Assembly: GCA_951406725.2 (NCBI GenBank)
Contig: OX597825.1
Location: 67,394,001-67,458,000, forward strand
Reading direction: 5' to 3'
Length of the DNA stretch: 64,000 bases
Source: Octopus vulgaris
Taxonomy: Eukaryota
The translations under genes were made by a program, and so were the position numbers. The first letter of the stretch is position 1. Each line of letters starts with the position of its first letter. The notes below the pieces were generated by a model. It saw only the letters and a list, made by a program, of their open reading frames with translations, did no database searches and had not been told where the DNA came from. Of the stretch, positions 40,701-54,049 are shown piece after piece.

Positions 40701-41682
40701 TATAAATATACACTTGGAAAAATACAGAGTAAAAATAATTCGCGCATCCTCACGGTACTTCTGTATATATAACAGATATACCATTGAACATTGACATATG
40801 CCATCCTGCATTAACACTTCTATACATCTGTTTAGAACATTTGTAATCCTGTAATTTCATAGGTAATAAATCCATTGAGCTTGATTCTGTATATATGTTC
40901 ATTGACACCATTTTTAACATTTTTTTAAGGAGTGATATTATAACAGTTCAATCCCAGCTTTTCTAGTACTAAAGAGAAAGGTATCTATATAAAAATTAAT
41001 GAGAACTTAGATCTTAAGAGAACTAGATTAGGACTTTTTAAAATGTATCGGAACAAAACTGGAAGTTTTCCAGTTTTCATAACAAAGTAATGAAGAAAGA
41101 ATTTCCAGATCGAATCCGCTGTAATTTAACATAGCATATTTATTTCAAGGAAATGTCTCGCTAGATGTGGATATTTTATTCCCTAAATGGATGCAGGCAA
41201 CATGTATTGATATATAAAAGCTGTAAAGTGACAGTAGGTTTGTCACAAGAAGTGTGTATAGCATTGATTGTAGTGATGCATCAAAAAAGAAACGTAAGAG
41301 CCTAGACGTTTATAGTCAAAGAAGATAGTAGGATAATTTTCTCAAAGACTCTAATTAGAACATAAAGCAGAAATATATATGACGTTTGAGTGAAGGTAAG
41401 ATCGTCTTCATTAATATTGCGGGATCCTTTCACCAGATTCTGCTAGATAAACATGCAGGTATTTAATTAAAATGTCTTTAATTTATATACTTCATATATT
41501 CATTATGAATCTCTATTTCTCCAAATACAAACCTATGTTACTATTTGTTAAGGATCATTTTGTTTTTAGTTCACGTTCTGATTTCACCTTTCCAACTTAA
41601 TCTTGTTAGTGTGTATATTTTGTAATTTTCCAACAAATTAGCAGTATATCCGATATTTTGAATGGTTTATCTCTCATGACTG

Positions 41683-41932
41683 GCACTCTCGTAAAATTAA
41701 CGTGCAAGTGGCTGAGTTCTCCACAGACATCTCGGAGAAATTCAGTGTGACTCAGAATGTGACAAAGCCGATCACTTGAAATATAGGTACTACTCCTTTT
41801 TCCCAGCTTAGTAGACTGGAACAGCTTGATATAAAGGGTTTTGCTCACGAACACAATGCGTCATTGTGAATCGAACTCACATCCTTACGATCTTGAGACG
41901 GGTACCCTAACCGCTAAGCCACGTATCTTCAC
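41683..41932 (-). mobile_element. tRNA-derived SINE, head D + CORE-like domain + tail 1 (diverged)
   Basis: Minus strand reads gtggcttagcggttaggg..gagttcgattc..ttgtgttcgtgagcaaaac..gtacctatatttcaag..gtctgtggagaactcagccacttgcacgttaatttt. Confidence 0.75.
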
Positions 41933-43321
41933 GGTATCTCACAAAGCGTGTTAACGTGATATATTGATTTCTGCGATCTCAGGCTTTCTGTTTCAGAAGT
42001 ATTATTATCGAGAACCAGGTTACAATATTTAAAGGCATCCTTACTGCGCCTGCTTTCTACATCTTATAAATTATATGTTCCTTGAGCATCTTTTGTATTG
42101 TATTAAAGTAAATGTGGGTTCTTATCGCTTCTAATTTAACATTAGAATTAAATAATTTGTGTTCGATGAGATGAAAGCGATAGCTACTGACTGTTTTTGT
42201 ATTATTGAGTTATTCTGTTTATAATTACAGCAACCTGTGGTTCGGGTCTATAGTAATTATTCAGTTTTCAAAGTATATCTCTTTGGAGGTTTTGATATTG
42301 TTTCTGTTAGTTCCAAGCTCAGCGTTATCTTTTATCCCTCCGGGGCCGGTAAAATAAAGTATGAAGTACTGTCATCAGTGGTAGCATCTAATCCTACTTT
42401 ATTCAAATCTCTTTACTTTCCGTCGAAAACAGAAGCCATCATTTTCGCTAGCTTCATTGATAATTAGTAGGTTCTCAAATTTTATTGGCTTCTAAGATGG
42501 CTTTCCATATTATTCTTATAGCAATACAGAACCTGAAAGATTAGCTCATGTGAATCATTATTAGAACCCCTGTCTCTGGCGGCATTTGGGTAAAGAGTTG
42601 TTCTTAAAACGGAGAATGCTCTGATATATTAATGGTTGAAATATGGTAGATACTGCTTTAGACTGAATGAGCATATCTTGATATTAAAACTCGTGATAGA
42701 TAAGGTTTATCCCCCCAAAACATTTATTTGCATATAATATAATTATCTTACAGTACAAACAACTCTTAAACGCTAAATCTCACTGGCTTTCATCATCGAA
42801 GTTTTAAAACCTCGAATTTCAACTAGTGGTTATTAAGATCCTCAGATAAGAAAATAAGTTGTAGTTTTTATACAGTGATGATGTAGTGAGAATTTATTCA
42901 GAGTTTGTTATAAAAAGCACAACGTTACAGAAGATCACTACGTTCCTTTTACATATTCAAACTGAAATTATCCTTTCTATAATATGTACAAGGCCTGAAA
43001 TTTGAGGGAAGCGGATAGTCGGTTACAGTGACCCCAGTGTTTCACCGGTACTTAAATTATCGACCCCGAAAGGATGCAGTCGACTTAATCCCTTTGTCTG
43101 TCACCTCTATGTTTAGCACCCTGTGGGCAATAACGAAATAAAAATAATAAGCAACAAGGGAATCATCAACAACAGAGAGTTTTAAAATTACAATGCTATC
43201 AATGACAGGTTTGTATCTATCAGTATCCGAGATGGAGACAGATTTAATAAGTCAAGAATAAGATATATCGTCCAGCAACAATATCAGATAAATAGTAGAG
43301 GCAACACCTGATATATTTGTG

Positions 43322-43478
43322 GCGGGTGTGAGCGTGTGTGTCTGTGTATATTACCAACAAAATGGTTCCTGGTTCAGTCCCACTGTGTGGCACCTTGGGC
43401 AAGTGCTTTCTATTATAGCCTCGGTCCGACCAAAGCCTTGCGAGTGGATTTGGTAGACGAAACTAAAAGGAGATTGTC

Positions 43479-43559
<81 letters not shown>

Positions 43560-43995
43560 TGTATGCATGCATGAATATATATGTATATTTATGCAGAGGC
43601 ATAGCTAGGCTAGGGCAAGCAGGGCACATGCCCTAGGCGCTACTTTGATGGGGGCGCTATTTTGGAGAAGATCAATTTCTAATTACGCCATTTCTATGCA
43701 TGTTTCCACTTTTGCTTTGGGAAGGGGACGCAATTTTCATACTTGTCCTGGGCGCCATTTACTCTAGCTATGCTCCTGTATGTATGTATCTGTGTTTGCC
43801 CCACTCCACCATTGCTTGACAACCGATTCAGTTGTTTTTATGTCCCCGTAACTCAGTAGTTTGGCAACGAGACCGATACAATAAGTACTAGGCTTACATA
43901 GAATAAGTCCTGGGGTCTATTTCTTCGACTAAAATCCTTTAAGGCAATAATCCAGCATGGCTGCATTCAAATGACTGAAACAGGTAAAAGAATAA
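43322..43995 (+). mobile_element. SINE B interrupted by a MITE
   Basis: 5' half at 43322-43480 and 3' half at 43790-43995. Confidence 0.8.
43594..43778. mobile_element. hAT-like MITE
   Basis: TIRs cagaggcatagctag / ctagctatgctcctg. 8 bp flanks tatttatg / tatgtatg. Confidence 0.7.
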
Positions 43996-45240
43996 ATGAA
44001 TATATGTATATGCATGGATGCATACAGACATCACCGGCGTGCAAAATGAAGCATGAAATTGTATCTAAATCCATCAGGAATGTTATACACGGGAAAGACT
44101 GTTATGGCGGCCATATGAACGGCACACCGGAACAAGAATGTATCCAAGCTCTTAAAAAAACTAAAGAATACTGGTAGAGCATTCCACTAAAAACAGGTCA
44201 AATATGGGAGAAGGATTAAAAATCATACTTACTTGGGGAGATCTGCCACCTGACGGATGTAAATGTTTCGTTGAGAATTAAGACAAAGGAATATCTATGG
44301 AGAATTCATGAGAAACCTACCATTCTTTTAACCAACCTTTCGATTTTCCTTTGTACAACAGATTCTGTATATACCGAGAAATGCCGGGATTCTCTAAAAA
44401 CATCAAGCTCATTCACATTCTACCAGTGGTCCACGTTAACCACAAATTCTGGTTGAAACTGATATCGAATAACAGAAAAATAAATTGATTCTCATTCTCC
44501 GAGTAATATTGGTCAATAGTATAAGAAAAATTTGTCTTCCAAGGATTCGCCATTTGAGGTTACTGGAATGAAAGCAGAAAATGAGACGTACATATGGAAC
44601 ACAAAACAGACATACGCAAAGGCAAGTGAACGGTAATGAAACACACTGGATTACGTATTAGAACGGCATGCATACACATTTCATAAGAAGTGCAAGCTTA
44701 TCCACACATGGACATATACAAATATTCGTGCGGGCATGTACACATACAAATATCCACGACTCCCAAGTGCCTGGGCCTTGCTACTTCGTTATTTAGTAGC
44801 TTGAGTTCTGCAACGGAGAAAAAAATTATAAATTTAGCAGTAACTCAACATAGCATACACACATACGTCTATATATGCAATCGGAAAGATAATAAAATAT
44901 AACTAGTACTGAGCTATCAATTGCGATTAAATTTATCAGAGAGTGGAGGGCTTCCGTGATTTGTAGCATTAGGCGAGAAGACCTAGACATACGCAAATAT
45001 GCCACAAAAGCATGAAACAAATGCGAAAATTCGAATGAATATATATTTTCAGAAAGAAAAAGAAAAACAGATATAATCAGTTATTATCGATATTATATAC
45101 CTATACTTTCCAAAAGATTGACTCCCTCATGGCACGATGAAATATCTATCGATCGGAAGAAGAAAAAATTAATTTCGCATATCACTCATGGACAGGGGAC
45201 TTGAATGTTGCAACAAAAAGAATTACCACCTAATAATACC

Positions 45241-45290
<50 letters not shown>

Positions 45291-45301
45291 GTGTGTATAT
45301 G

Positions 45302-45353
<52 letters not shown>

Positions 45354-45442
45354 GTGTGTATATGTATATATAATATATATATATATATATGTATGTATAT
45401 ATATAAAACCACAGAAAAATTATTTACCATTTTTATTGTATG

Positions 45443-45475
<33 letters not shown>

Positions 45476-45760
45476 TTATGTATATATATATGTATATATA
45501 TATATATATATATATTTAAATGCATACATGTGTGTGTGTTTGCGTGCGTGTGTGTGTGTGTCTATCTTCATATTCATTTTTCATACATATATGCATATAT
45601 GCATTATATGCATGTATATATGTATATAAATGAGTATATGTATATATGTGTGTATGTGTGTGTGTTTGTGCGTGTATAAAACCACATATTTGTGTATATA
45701 TATATATATATATATCTACACATACATTTATGTATATATATATGTATGTATGAATATGTA
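45241..45760. repeat. (TA)n/(TG)n microsatellite field
   Basis: Direct reading. Confidence 0.95.
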
Positions 45761-45910
45761 GGCAGAGAAGACTTATGTAAGATACATGCAGAAATGAGTT
45801 AATGGGAAAAATTCATATTAGAATACAAGACTAGTAAATTTCCCTCGAAACATAAAGCTATTCAGTGAGATTTCAATCAGTTTCTTTCTATCTCTTTTTT
45901 TCTCCATCAC

Positions 45911-45947
<37 letters not shown>

Positions 45948-46406
45948 ATTTCTCTTACTCTCTTGCTCCTCTCTTTCTTACACCATTTTGTTTCCATTCA
46001 GCATTAGGTTTATCAATTTTTTTAATCAGGTGCAAGTGTTTCAAGCAATCTAGAAAGATTGCGGTGGATGAATATAAACATTATTGTAAGCTTATATATA
46101 GAATTCAAGTAATTAGAATAAATGCATTCCGGTAGATAGTTTCGAGTAAATGAAGCATACACTGATGAGAAGAAATATTAGATAATACTTCCAGAAGTAT
46201 TATATATAGCCAAAATTACTGAATTTCAAACCAGAAAAAAGTGGATATATTTTACTGCGCTTCTCATCAACATAATTGTACAAGCGTGGTATCTAAACGT
46301 CGAATGGATTCTCCTAAACTATTTTGTTAAGTTACTTTATGTTTTGAGTTCAAATATCGCTGAACACGTTTTGCCTTTCAACTGTACATCATCGATGAGT
46401 TAAAAT

Positions 46407-46825
46407 GGATCTTTTCGCTTTGGACAGCAGTTTTTTCTAGCGGTGACATATGAAATTGTCACCCATAATTATGACACTAGTATCGATCTATTGCATTTCA
46501 ATCTGTTTTAGGGTTAGGGTTTGGGTTAGGGGGAAGGGTATCTTTTTTTCTTCACAAATGTAAATAAAACCAATCTTTTTCTTAAACGAGGGACATATTC
46601 ATACGGCACAGAACGTTTTTTTTTACCTCAATGAACGTCACTGATTGGTTGAAATTGCAGAAATTGAAGAAAAAAACAACAAATATCTTACAAACTGTAG
46701 AATTTTCTCAATAAAGCCAAGAGAAAAAAATGTTTTATAAACACATTCTACAAGTATACGAAGTTTAACATTTTTTAATTACCTAGACATTGTGTTAAAA
46801 ACTGCCGTTCAAATCGAAAAGATCC
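46407..46825 (+). mobile_element. MITE with GG..CC TIRs, 8 bp TSD and internal TTAGGG repeats
   Basis: TIRs ggatcttttcg...cagtttt / aaaactgccgttcaaatcgaaaagatcc. TSD gttaaaat. Confidence 0.92.
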
Positions 46826-47324
46826 GTTAAAATATATCTCAAAAGCTGTGTCGGTGTAATCGATTAAAGCATTTTCCTCAAAATTTTTGTTCATGCTAGT
46901 AATCAAGAAAATTTACAGCGAGAGGGTGCCGAGGTTCTTGAAAATTTTTCAAAGAAATCGAATTATGTTTAAATATGTTCTGAATTCAATGGTAATGAGG
47001 TAAATTTTATTTATTATTAGGATGAATACAAACGTTAGTATCTATGTAATCGAATGAACCATTCTCCAAATGCTATTGATTCGTGAAAGGTATTGATAGT
47101 ATTGTATTTCGACTAAACTAACGTTTCACAATTTAATTTTTCATTTCTTTAATATCTAAAACCCCACTGGCTTCTCCTTTTCGGAAATTATAGATGGCAT
47201 TAATGAATAGAAGTAGCTTAACTGGGAAGTAAAAAGGTGTCCAAGTGTAGGCCTACTTCGATATGGTGCCTTTATATAAGTTTCTCCTCTCGTTTTTAAA
47301 TTCCAATCATATAAATAAGAACAG

Positions 47325-47544
47325 TATGAGGTGTACTGAAACCTTCCTGGCTTTGCATAAAAGAAAATGCAGAAGGATCAGTTAATTATGATTTTATTCA
47401 ATATATTCTCTTCTCAGATTCATACGCTTATTGCAGCGGTGCTTCAATTTTTCTAAGCCATGTAAAAGAACTTGGAAAATTGGGTCTCCAACTACGCTTT
47501 TCCCGATAACTTTAAAGCCAGGAACCTATCAGCGTCCCCTCGTA
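47325..47544. mobile_element. Mariner-type MITE
   Basis: TIRs tatgaggtgtactgaaaccttcctggcttt / aaagccaggaacctatcagcgtcccctcgta. A related copy lies at 51686-51855. Confidence 0.7.
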
Positions 47545-47633
47545 TACGTGCTACATCAAAAGGATAAATACATTAAACTGCATTTTTCCTTTGAACAAAG
47601 GACATGATATCTTCTTACACACCGCTTCCCGAA

Positions 47634-48621
47634 CATAAATCCCCTCATACTTTTACCTTTACACACGCTCGAACAGTTTATGAACGGAAACCGTAAGCCC
47701 TCGAAAGTGTATGGATGCTCATAAGTTTACACATATTTAGAATTTAGATGTCTCATTTAACTTCTAACGGAAACAAACTGACACATTATTTTCAATATGG
47801 TCGTAAACCAAATCGGTCTTTCGTGGTAACTAACAATCTTCAATGCCCTCCTTGCTGCTACGCTGGAAGAAGTTACTGAAAAGCTGCATGAATTGAAGAG
47901 AGGGGAATTTACTGAATTCCTAATAAATTTCGGAGAAGATGTAACGACAAAAAAGATGAAAAAAAGAGGAGAGGCTATGAGATGAAAGCAATAAAAAGGA
48001 TAGAGTTGATATTGTAATTAAGATTGTTAAATTCCATATTTATATTTATGCTAACAATGCTTAGGTTTACGACCATATTGAAAACTAGCAGTATCGCCCA
48101 GTGTTGCTAGGGTTTGTTTCGACCCTTTATAATTAGAATTTTTGAAAAGTAAAAATTTTGCATTATGTAGCTTTTTAAGTGAACATTTTTCTGGTTGAAA
48201 TACACCGAAAAATGGCGACACAGCAGTCAAAAAATCGTAAAAAATAGAGATTTTCATAGACAAAAAGCACCTTTATGATGTAAATAATTTTTTATGTTAA
48301 CATGGTCCGATTTGAATTTTATCTTCTACGGAATGAAGAGCAAGCCTTCTATCATACTCTCAATTTTGGTCAACTTACGCCGCAGGGTCTTGGAGGAGAT
48401 AGTGTCCGCTGAAGGCTACCAAACCTACAACACACAGACAACTTCAGCTTTATATATATATATAGATAATGTGTAAGTTTGTTTCCGTTAGAAGTTAAAT
48501 GAGGCATCTAAATTCTAAATAAGTGTAAATTTATGAGCATCCATACATTTTCGAGGGCTTACAGTTTCCGTTCATAAGCTGTTCGAACGTGTGTAAAGGT
48601 AAAAGTACGAGAGAATTTATG
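47634..48621. repeat. Foldback inverted repeat (arms ~175 bp); right arm interrupted by a Helitron
   Basis: 47634-47809 is the reverse complement of 48064-48084 + 48467-48621. Confidence 0.9.
48085..48466 (-). mobile_element. Non-autonomous Helitron-type element
   Basis: Minus strand 5'-TC...CTAG-3' with a subterminal ccc..ggg hairpin. Inserted between A and T with no TSD. Confidence 0.85.
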
Positions 48622-49662
48622 AGTTATGGAATTTAATTTAGTTAGGTCATTTAGAAAGTCATTTGAAATAATAAGAGATACTAACACAGTATTTATGTTA
48701 AATTAGTTGAGTATAATGGGGATTAATAAGGTTAAATTTATGAAGTTGAATGAATTCACTCGAAATCGAGAAATTCCAAGAGATTACTGTAGAAGAATTG
48801 CGATGAGAGCAGATTAGAAGTTCCAAGTAGCGGTAATCGTGAAATAAAATCTACTCAAAAGTTGCAGCTAATAGTATTATAAAGCCAGGTTGTCTTACGA
48901 TTTATAAGTATCTGACGTTTGCGAATATGGCAGAGAAATATATAACAGTGTAATTTAAACTGAAAATATTATATTGAAAATATTATAATGAGCCCTACGT
49001 TATTTTTTAAACTAAAAGCACTTGATTGATACGTATATTGGTTTAGTGTAATTATGTTAGAATAGGGAAAGGAAATAGTTGAAACACCGTACTACCCCAC
49101 TGCAGAAATCATATAAAAGGACATAATTAATAAGCTTTAATGTATGAGGAAAAGGTAATTGCAAAATGAAGAAAATGTAAGACGCCAATTACTTGAAGTG
49201 ACTAATAATTATATATATTTATTCGAAATCAATTGCAGCTCATGTGTAACAACATAGGATTACATTTCGATATATAAGGAATTCATTACAGTAAAACAGA
49301 TCAATTATGGACCAGAAGCCGTTAAAAGTATATGAACTTATGTAAGCATACGATAAAAAATGGAGTTAGGGAATACTTAAACTTTTCAAAAATGCATTCA
49401 GCTTCAGGTAAATTTCTTGTGAAGATCGGTAATGTTTTTAGTTTACAAATGAATTTGCTGCTCCGGCGGGGTTGTTTTAGCGTAGGATTAATGAAGGATT
49501 CAAAGGACAGGAGCTTCAACAGACACGAGGTTTTCATAGGAAAAATAAGTGTTAAGATAAAATAGAAAACCTAATGTATCAACAGTAAATGCTTAAAGAT
49601 TTATTGATTTATTGATACATAAGTTTAATAGTTATTGATAAAAAAAGTTTATAGAATATAGG

Positions 49663-49860
49663 TTTTCAAACTTTGGCACAAGACCAACAATTTTGAGGGA
49701 CAGGATAAGTCAATGAAATTAACCCCAGTGTTCAATTGGTATATATTTTATCGACGTCGAAAGAATGGAAGTAAAGTTGACGCCGGAGGCATTTGAACCC
49801 AGAATGTATAAACAGAGAAAATGCTGCTAAGCATGTTAAGGTTTCTGTCGGGTCACCGAC
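49663..49860 (-). mobile_element. Diverged SINE A
   Basis: Family A core is recognisable. Confidence 0.65.
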
Positions 49861-50266
49861 TTAAGTTTATAGGTTATTGACAGCTAAAGTGATTATACGA
49901 TACAAAATTCATTGAACTGCTGCAACTCCAACCACCACCACCACCACCACGGTCACTACTACTACGACCAACAGTCACTGCTACTACTGCTATTTCGGCC
50001 ACTGGTCATTTCCCCACCTACAGCCAACGAATCTAGTCAACACACAAGACAGCTATTATGTTCCCCAACACAAAGAAAAACCACCACGGGACTCTGTTGA
50101 GACTAGTAATAAACAATTATAAACTTTTTTATTACACTTAAATTTTTAAAATATTTTTGAGAAGGTTCGTTTTTCAAGAAGATCCGAAACATGTCTAATT
50201 TCTAAGAAAATTAAAATCTATCTTATATAGTGGCGTTTTCAAACACCTTTTTTATAAATATATATA

Positions 50267-50302
<36 letters not shown>

Positions 50303-50500
50303 TGTATATAAGAAAAAGCTAAATTTATTGCATCAATGTGAATATATTGAAATAAGTCCTAAGAGAACATTCCTGAAAAATGATATTAAATAAAAGTCAA
50401 CAGAAAGAGACTTGGTATCTTTAATAACATTATCAAGTGTAAAAGTATAATTTCTTTCGCCTGCTTATATAGATTTATACATACATACATGCATACATGC

Positions 50501-50549
<49 letters not shown>

Positions 50550-50887
50550 CTCAATGTATGTCTGTATGTACGTATGTATATATACGGTTTCAAAAGTCTC
50601 TTTCGGTCAAGTTTTGTTTAAAGAATATCATTTCACATAAATTTTGTCGCTCGAGTTATCTCAGTTTATTAGCACTAATGCAATAAATTTAACCTTATTC
50701 CTGTAACCTCTCCACTTTTTACTTCTTATAACATAGTAGAACCTAATAACATCGCACCAATTAATCCACATTGGCGTCAAACAGTTTAACATTAATTTGA
50801 CATCTAGAGGTACTCTAATTTGGTGTAACTTCTTATAACAAAATAACTTTGCTATATCGCAACTACGTTTATCATTATTAGATTATA

Positions 50888-51131
50888 CTAGCAGTATCGC
50901 CCGGCGTTGCTCAGGTTTGTAAGGGAAATAACTATAAAGCATTTTTCGATTTTTTTGAGAACTGGGGGAACTTTTCAAAATTTTCGCTGCGTTAGTTTTG
51001 AATTATGACATTGGGCTATGTGTGTGTCAAGTTTCATCAGAATCGGTTGAAAGCCGTGGTCAGGGTGAGGGTACAACCTAACAGACACACAGACACACAC
51101 ACAGACAAACTGCCGTTTATATAGAGAGAGA
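50888..51131 (-). mobile_element. Non-autonomous Helitron-type element
   Basis: Same 3' end (ctagcagtatcgccc on +) as 48085, a 5' TC, an A|T site and an internal acagac repeat. Confidence 0.8.
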
Positions 51132-51630
51132 TAGCCATAATAAATCTCACTTCTGTTAACATAATACTTTGTGAACAAATTATAAACACCTGGAAGTTTA
51201 CGCGCATCCAAAAGTTTAAATGTACATTAGATTTAGTTAGCTTTCTTTCGTTTCAACTGGAAATTTTCCTCATTAACAGCTGACCAAGATATGCTAACCT
51301 AAATAGGGAATTTACTGATTGTGTATTTTAAATTGGCTCTAGTTCTTTTAGTTTGAGCATTTATGTGAACGATGTACTGATGCCTTATAATTATGGTACG
51401 CAAGTGTCCTATTTGAAAATTTTAGTAGATGTCTTTGCGAATTTCTCCATATCTTCCCTTCGTTTATTCCCCCCCCCCTTTCTCTTTCATGTAATCTTTC
51501 CATATTAAGTTGCCATTCATTAAGAATTTTCCATAACTTAACAAGATTACACTGGTAATGAACCAAATTCATACACACATACACAAACAGACACACACGC
51601 ATATGTGTGTATATACATACATATATAGAT

Positions 51631-51674
<44 letters not shown>

Positions 51675-51685
51675 GTACATATATA

Positions 51686-52096
<411 letters not shown>

Positions 52097-52886
52097 TGTA
52101 TTTATTTGAATAATATATAGTCTGTTGACTAGTTTTCTACATGCTAGGCTACTGGTAGTAAAAAATTTCTAAAAATTTTTTGTACCCTGATATTTATTTT
52201 ATATATGTGTGTGTGTGTTTTTGTGTGTGTGTCTGTGTGTGTGTGTGTGTGTGTGTGCTTGTGTGTGTGTGTGTGTGTGTGTGTGAGCTTGACTTTCAAC
52301 CTATTGGCCGATAACCGAAGGACAATTCTTACCATTGGTTACTGCGTGGATGCTTTATTGGGGTTTTGATAATCCTGAGGCTATATAATAGCAGGCAAGA
52401 CTTAAGCATTCGGCTTGCTTTCCGTAAGAGTTAGCTACCGTGACACTGAAAATATACGTGAAGGTCAAAACTACCAGCATCTAAACTAAACCCATCACAT
52501 CACGCTGCGTATTTCTGCGCCAGCCACCTGTTTGGAGATAAAGAGATGTTCTATGATTGAACCAGAATAGGATAAATGAAGAAACTCACCCTTTTCTCTG
52601 ACTATTTACTGCGTCGACTGCAGCCTTCAACAGTGTTGGCCAACTTTCGCAAACGAAAATTGACACAAGGTTACAGAAACAGGAAAGTAACCAGTAAAAT
52701 TTTTATTTCCCTATTTCAAATTGCTCCACAAATTGGATCACAACAGATAGTATATCATACATCAGTCTGAGTTCGTGTGTCTGAGTACGCGTTTATATGC
52801 ATATAAATACAAACACAGATGCATATATATAAGCATATCATGCATATCTATCGATATCGATCTAGTTATCTGTCTATCTATATATC

Positions 52887-52920
<34 letters not shown>

Positions 52921-52926
52921 GTATAC

Positions 52927-53146
52927 TCTTCACTCTTTTACTCTTTTATTTGTTTCAATCATTTGACTGCGGCCATGCTGGAGCACCGCCTTTAGTCGAG
53001 CAAATCGACCCCAGGACTCATTCTTTGTAAGCCTAGTACTTATTCTATCTGTCTGTTTTGCTGAACCGCTAAGTTACGGGGACGTAAACACACCAGCATC
53101 TGTTGTCAAGCGATGTTGGGTGACAAACACAGACACACAAACATAT

Positions 53147-53209
<63 letters not shown>

Positions 53210-53368
53210 TACGACGGGCTTCTTTCAGTTTCCGTCTACCAAATCCACTCACAAGTCTTTGTTCGGCCCGAGGCTATAGTAGAAGACATTTGCGCAAGGT
53301 GCCACGCAGTGGGACTGAACCCGGAACCATGTGGTTCGTAAGCAAGCTACTTACCACACAACCACTCC
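52927..53368 (-). mobile_element. SINE B, full length, young
   Basis: Matches family B and has a (ctctttta) tail repeat. Confidence 0.92.
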
Positions 53369-53370
53369 TT

Positions 53371-54037
53371 TTAAATAATAAGTGTAAAATATTCATATTA
53401 ATTTGATTAATATCAATTTAAAGCAGTGGCCTAGAATATTGAAAAGATCTGAAGATTCAGAAAAATTATATTACATATATATAAGAGGGATGACCACTAA
53501 GTGGACATCCAATATGCTAAATGTAGACCCCATATGCTCTGACCACTAAGAAAAATATTTTATCAAGAAAATCCGGCAGACGCCAGAACGTAAGCGAGCA
53601 AGACAAAAATGAAAATATACAAGATATAATGATTAATCACATACAAGGTCTCATTGTTACCATTTACATAGTTACATATGTAAATGTCCGCAATTCATCA
53701 GTGCGACCGTCTTAGAAAATATAATTTGCAGAACTGTACATGAGACGTCCATACAAAAGAGAACATGCATACAGTTCTGTCAGTTATATTTGGGGGAATA
53801 TTTCAAATATCTTCCTTTTGGCGCGCCAAAGCCTGAAATGACTCGACAGAAAAGTTTCTGCATCGAAGCTTGCCGATTAAATAATAAGGGTAAAAAATTG
53901 ATAATAATTTTTTTAATATCAATTTAAAACAGTAGACTCGCATGTTGAAAATATCTGAAGATTCAGAAAAATTATATTACATACATATAAGAGGGATGAC
54001 CCCTAGGTGGATATCCAATATGCTAAATGTAGACCCC
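53371..54037 (-). repeat. ~160 bp direct repeats (period 506) enclosing a hammerhead-like motif; probable PLE pseudo-LTR
   Basis: 53371-53531 matches 53877-54037. The motif lies on the minus strand at 53637-53706. Confidence 0.75.
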
Positions 54038-54049
54038 TTGCACGTTCTC

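Noticed and set aside
44030-44560. Possible very old LINE RT remnant (YLLGEI..., ILRVIL)
   Set aside because: The motifs are too degraded to call by eye; BLASTx would be needed.
46162-46200. CTGATGA followed by a gaag/cttc stem
   Set aside because: There is no GAAA or stem I partner, so it is not a hammerhead.
46509-46540. TTAGGG repeats as a telomere or fusion scar
   Set aside because: They are short and internal to a two-copy MITE with TIRs and TSDs.
52584-52702. Minus-strand AGG|gtgagt donor preceded by the frame KFYWLLSCFCNLVSIFVCESWPTLLKAAVDAVNSQRK, which resembles a signal peptide
   Set aside because: There is no in-frame ATG (a TAA lies directly upstream), only a weak AAG acceptor, and no partner exons. 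It would need RNA-seq support.
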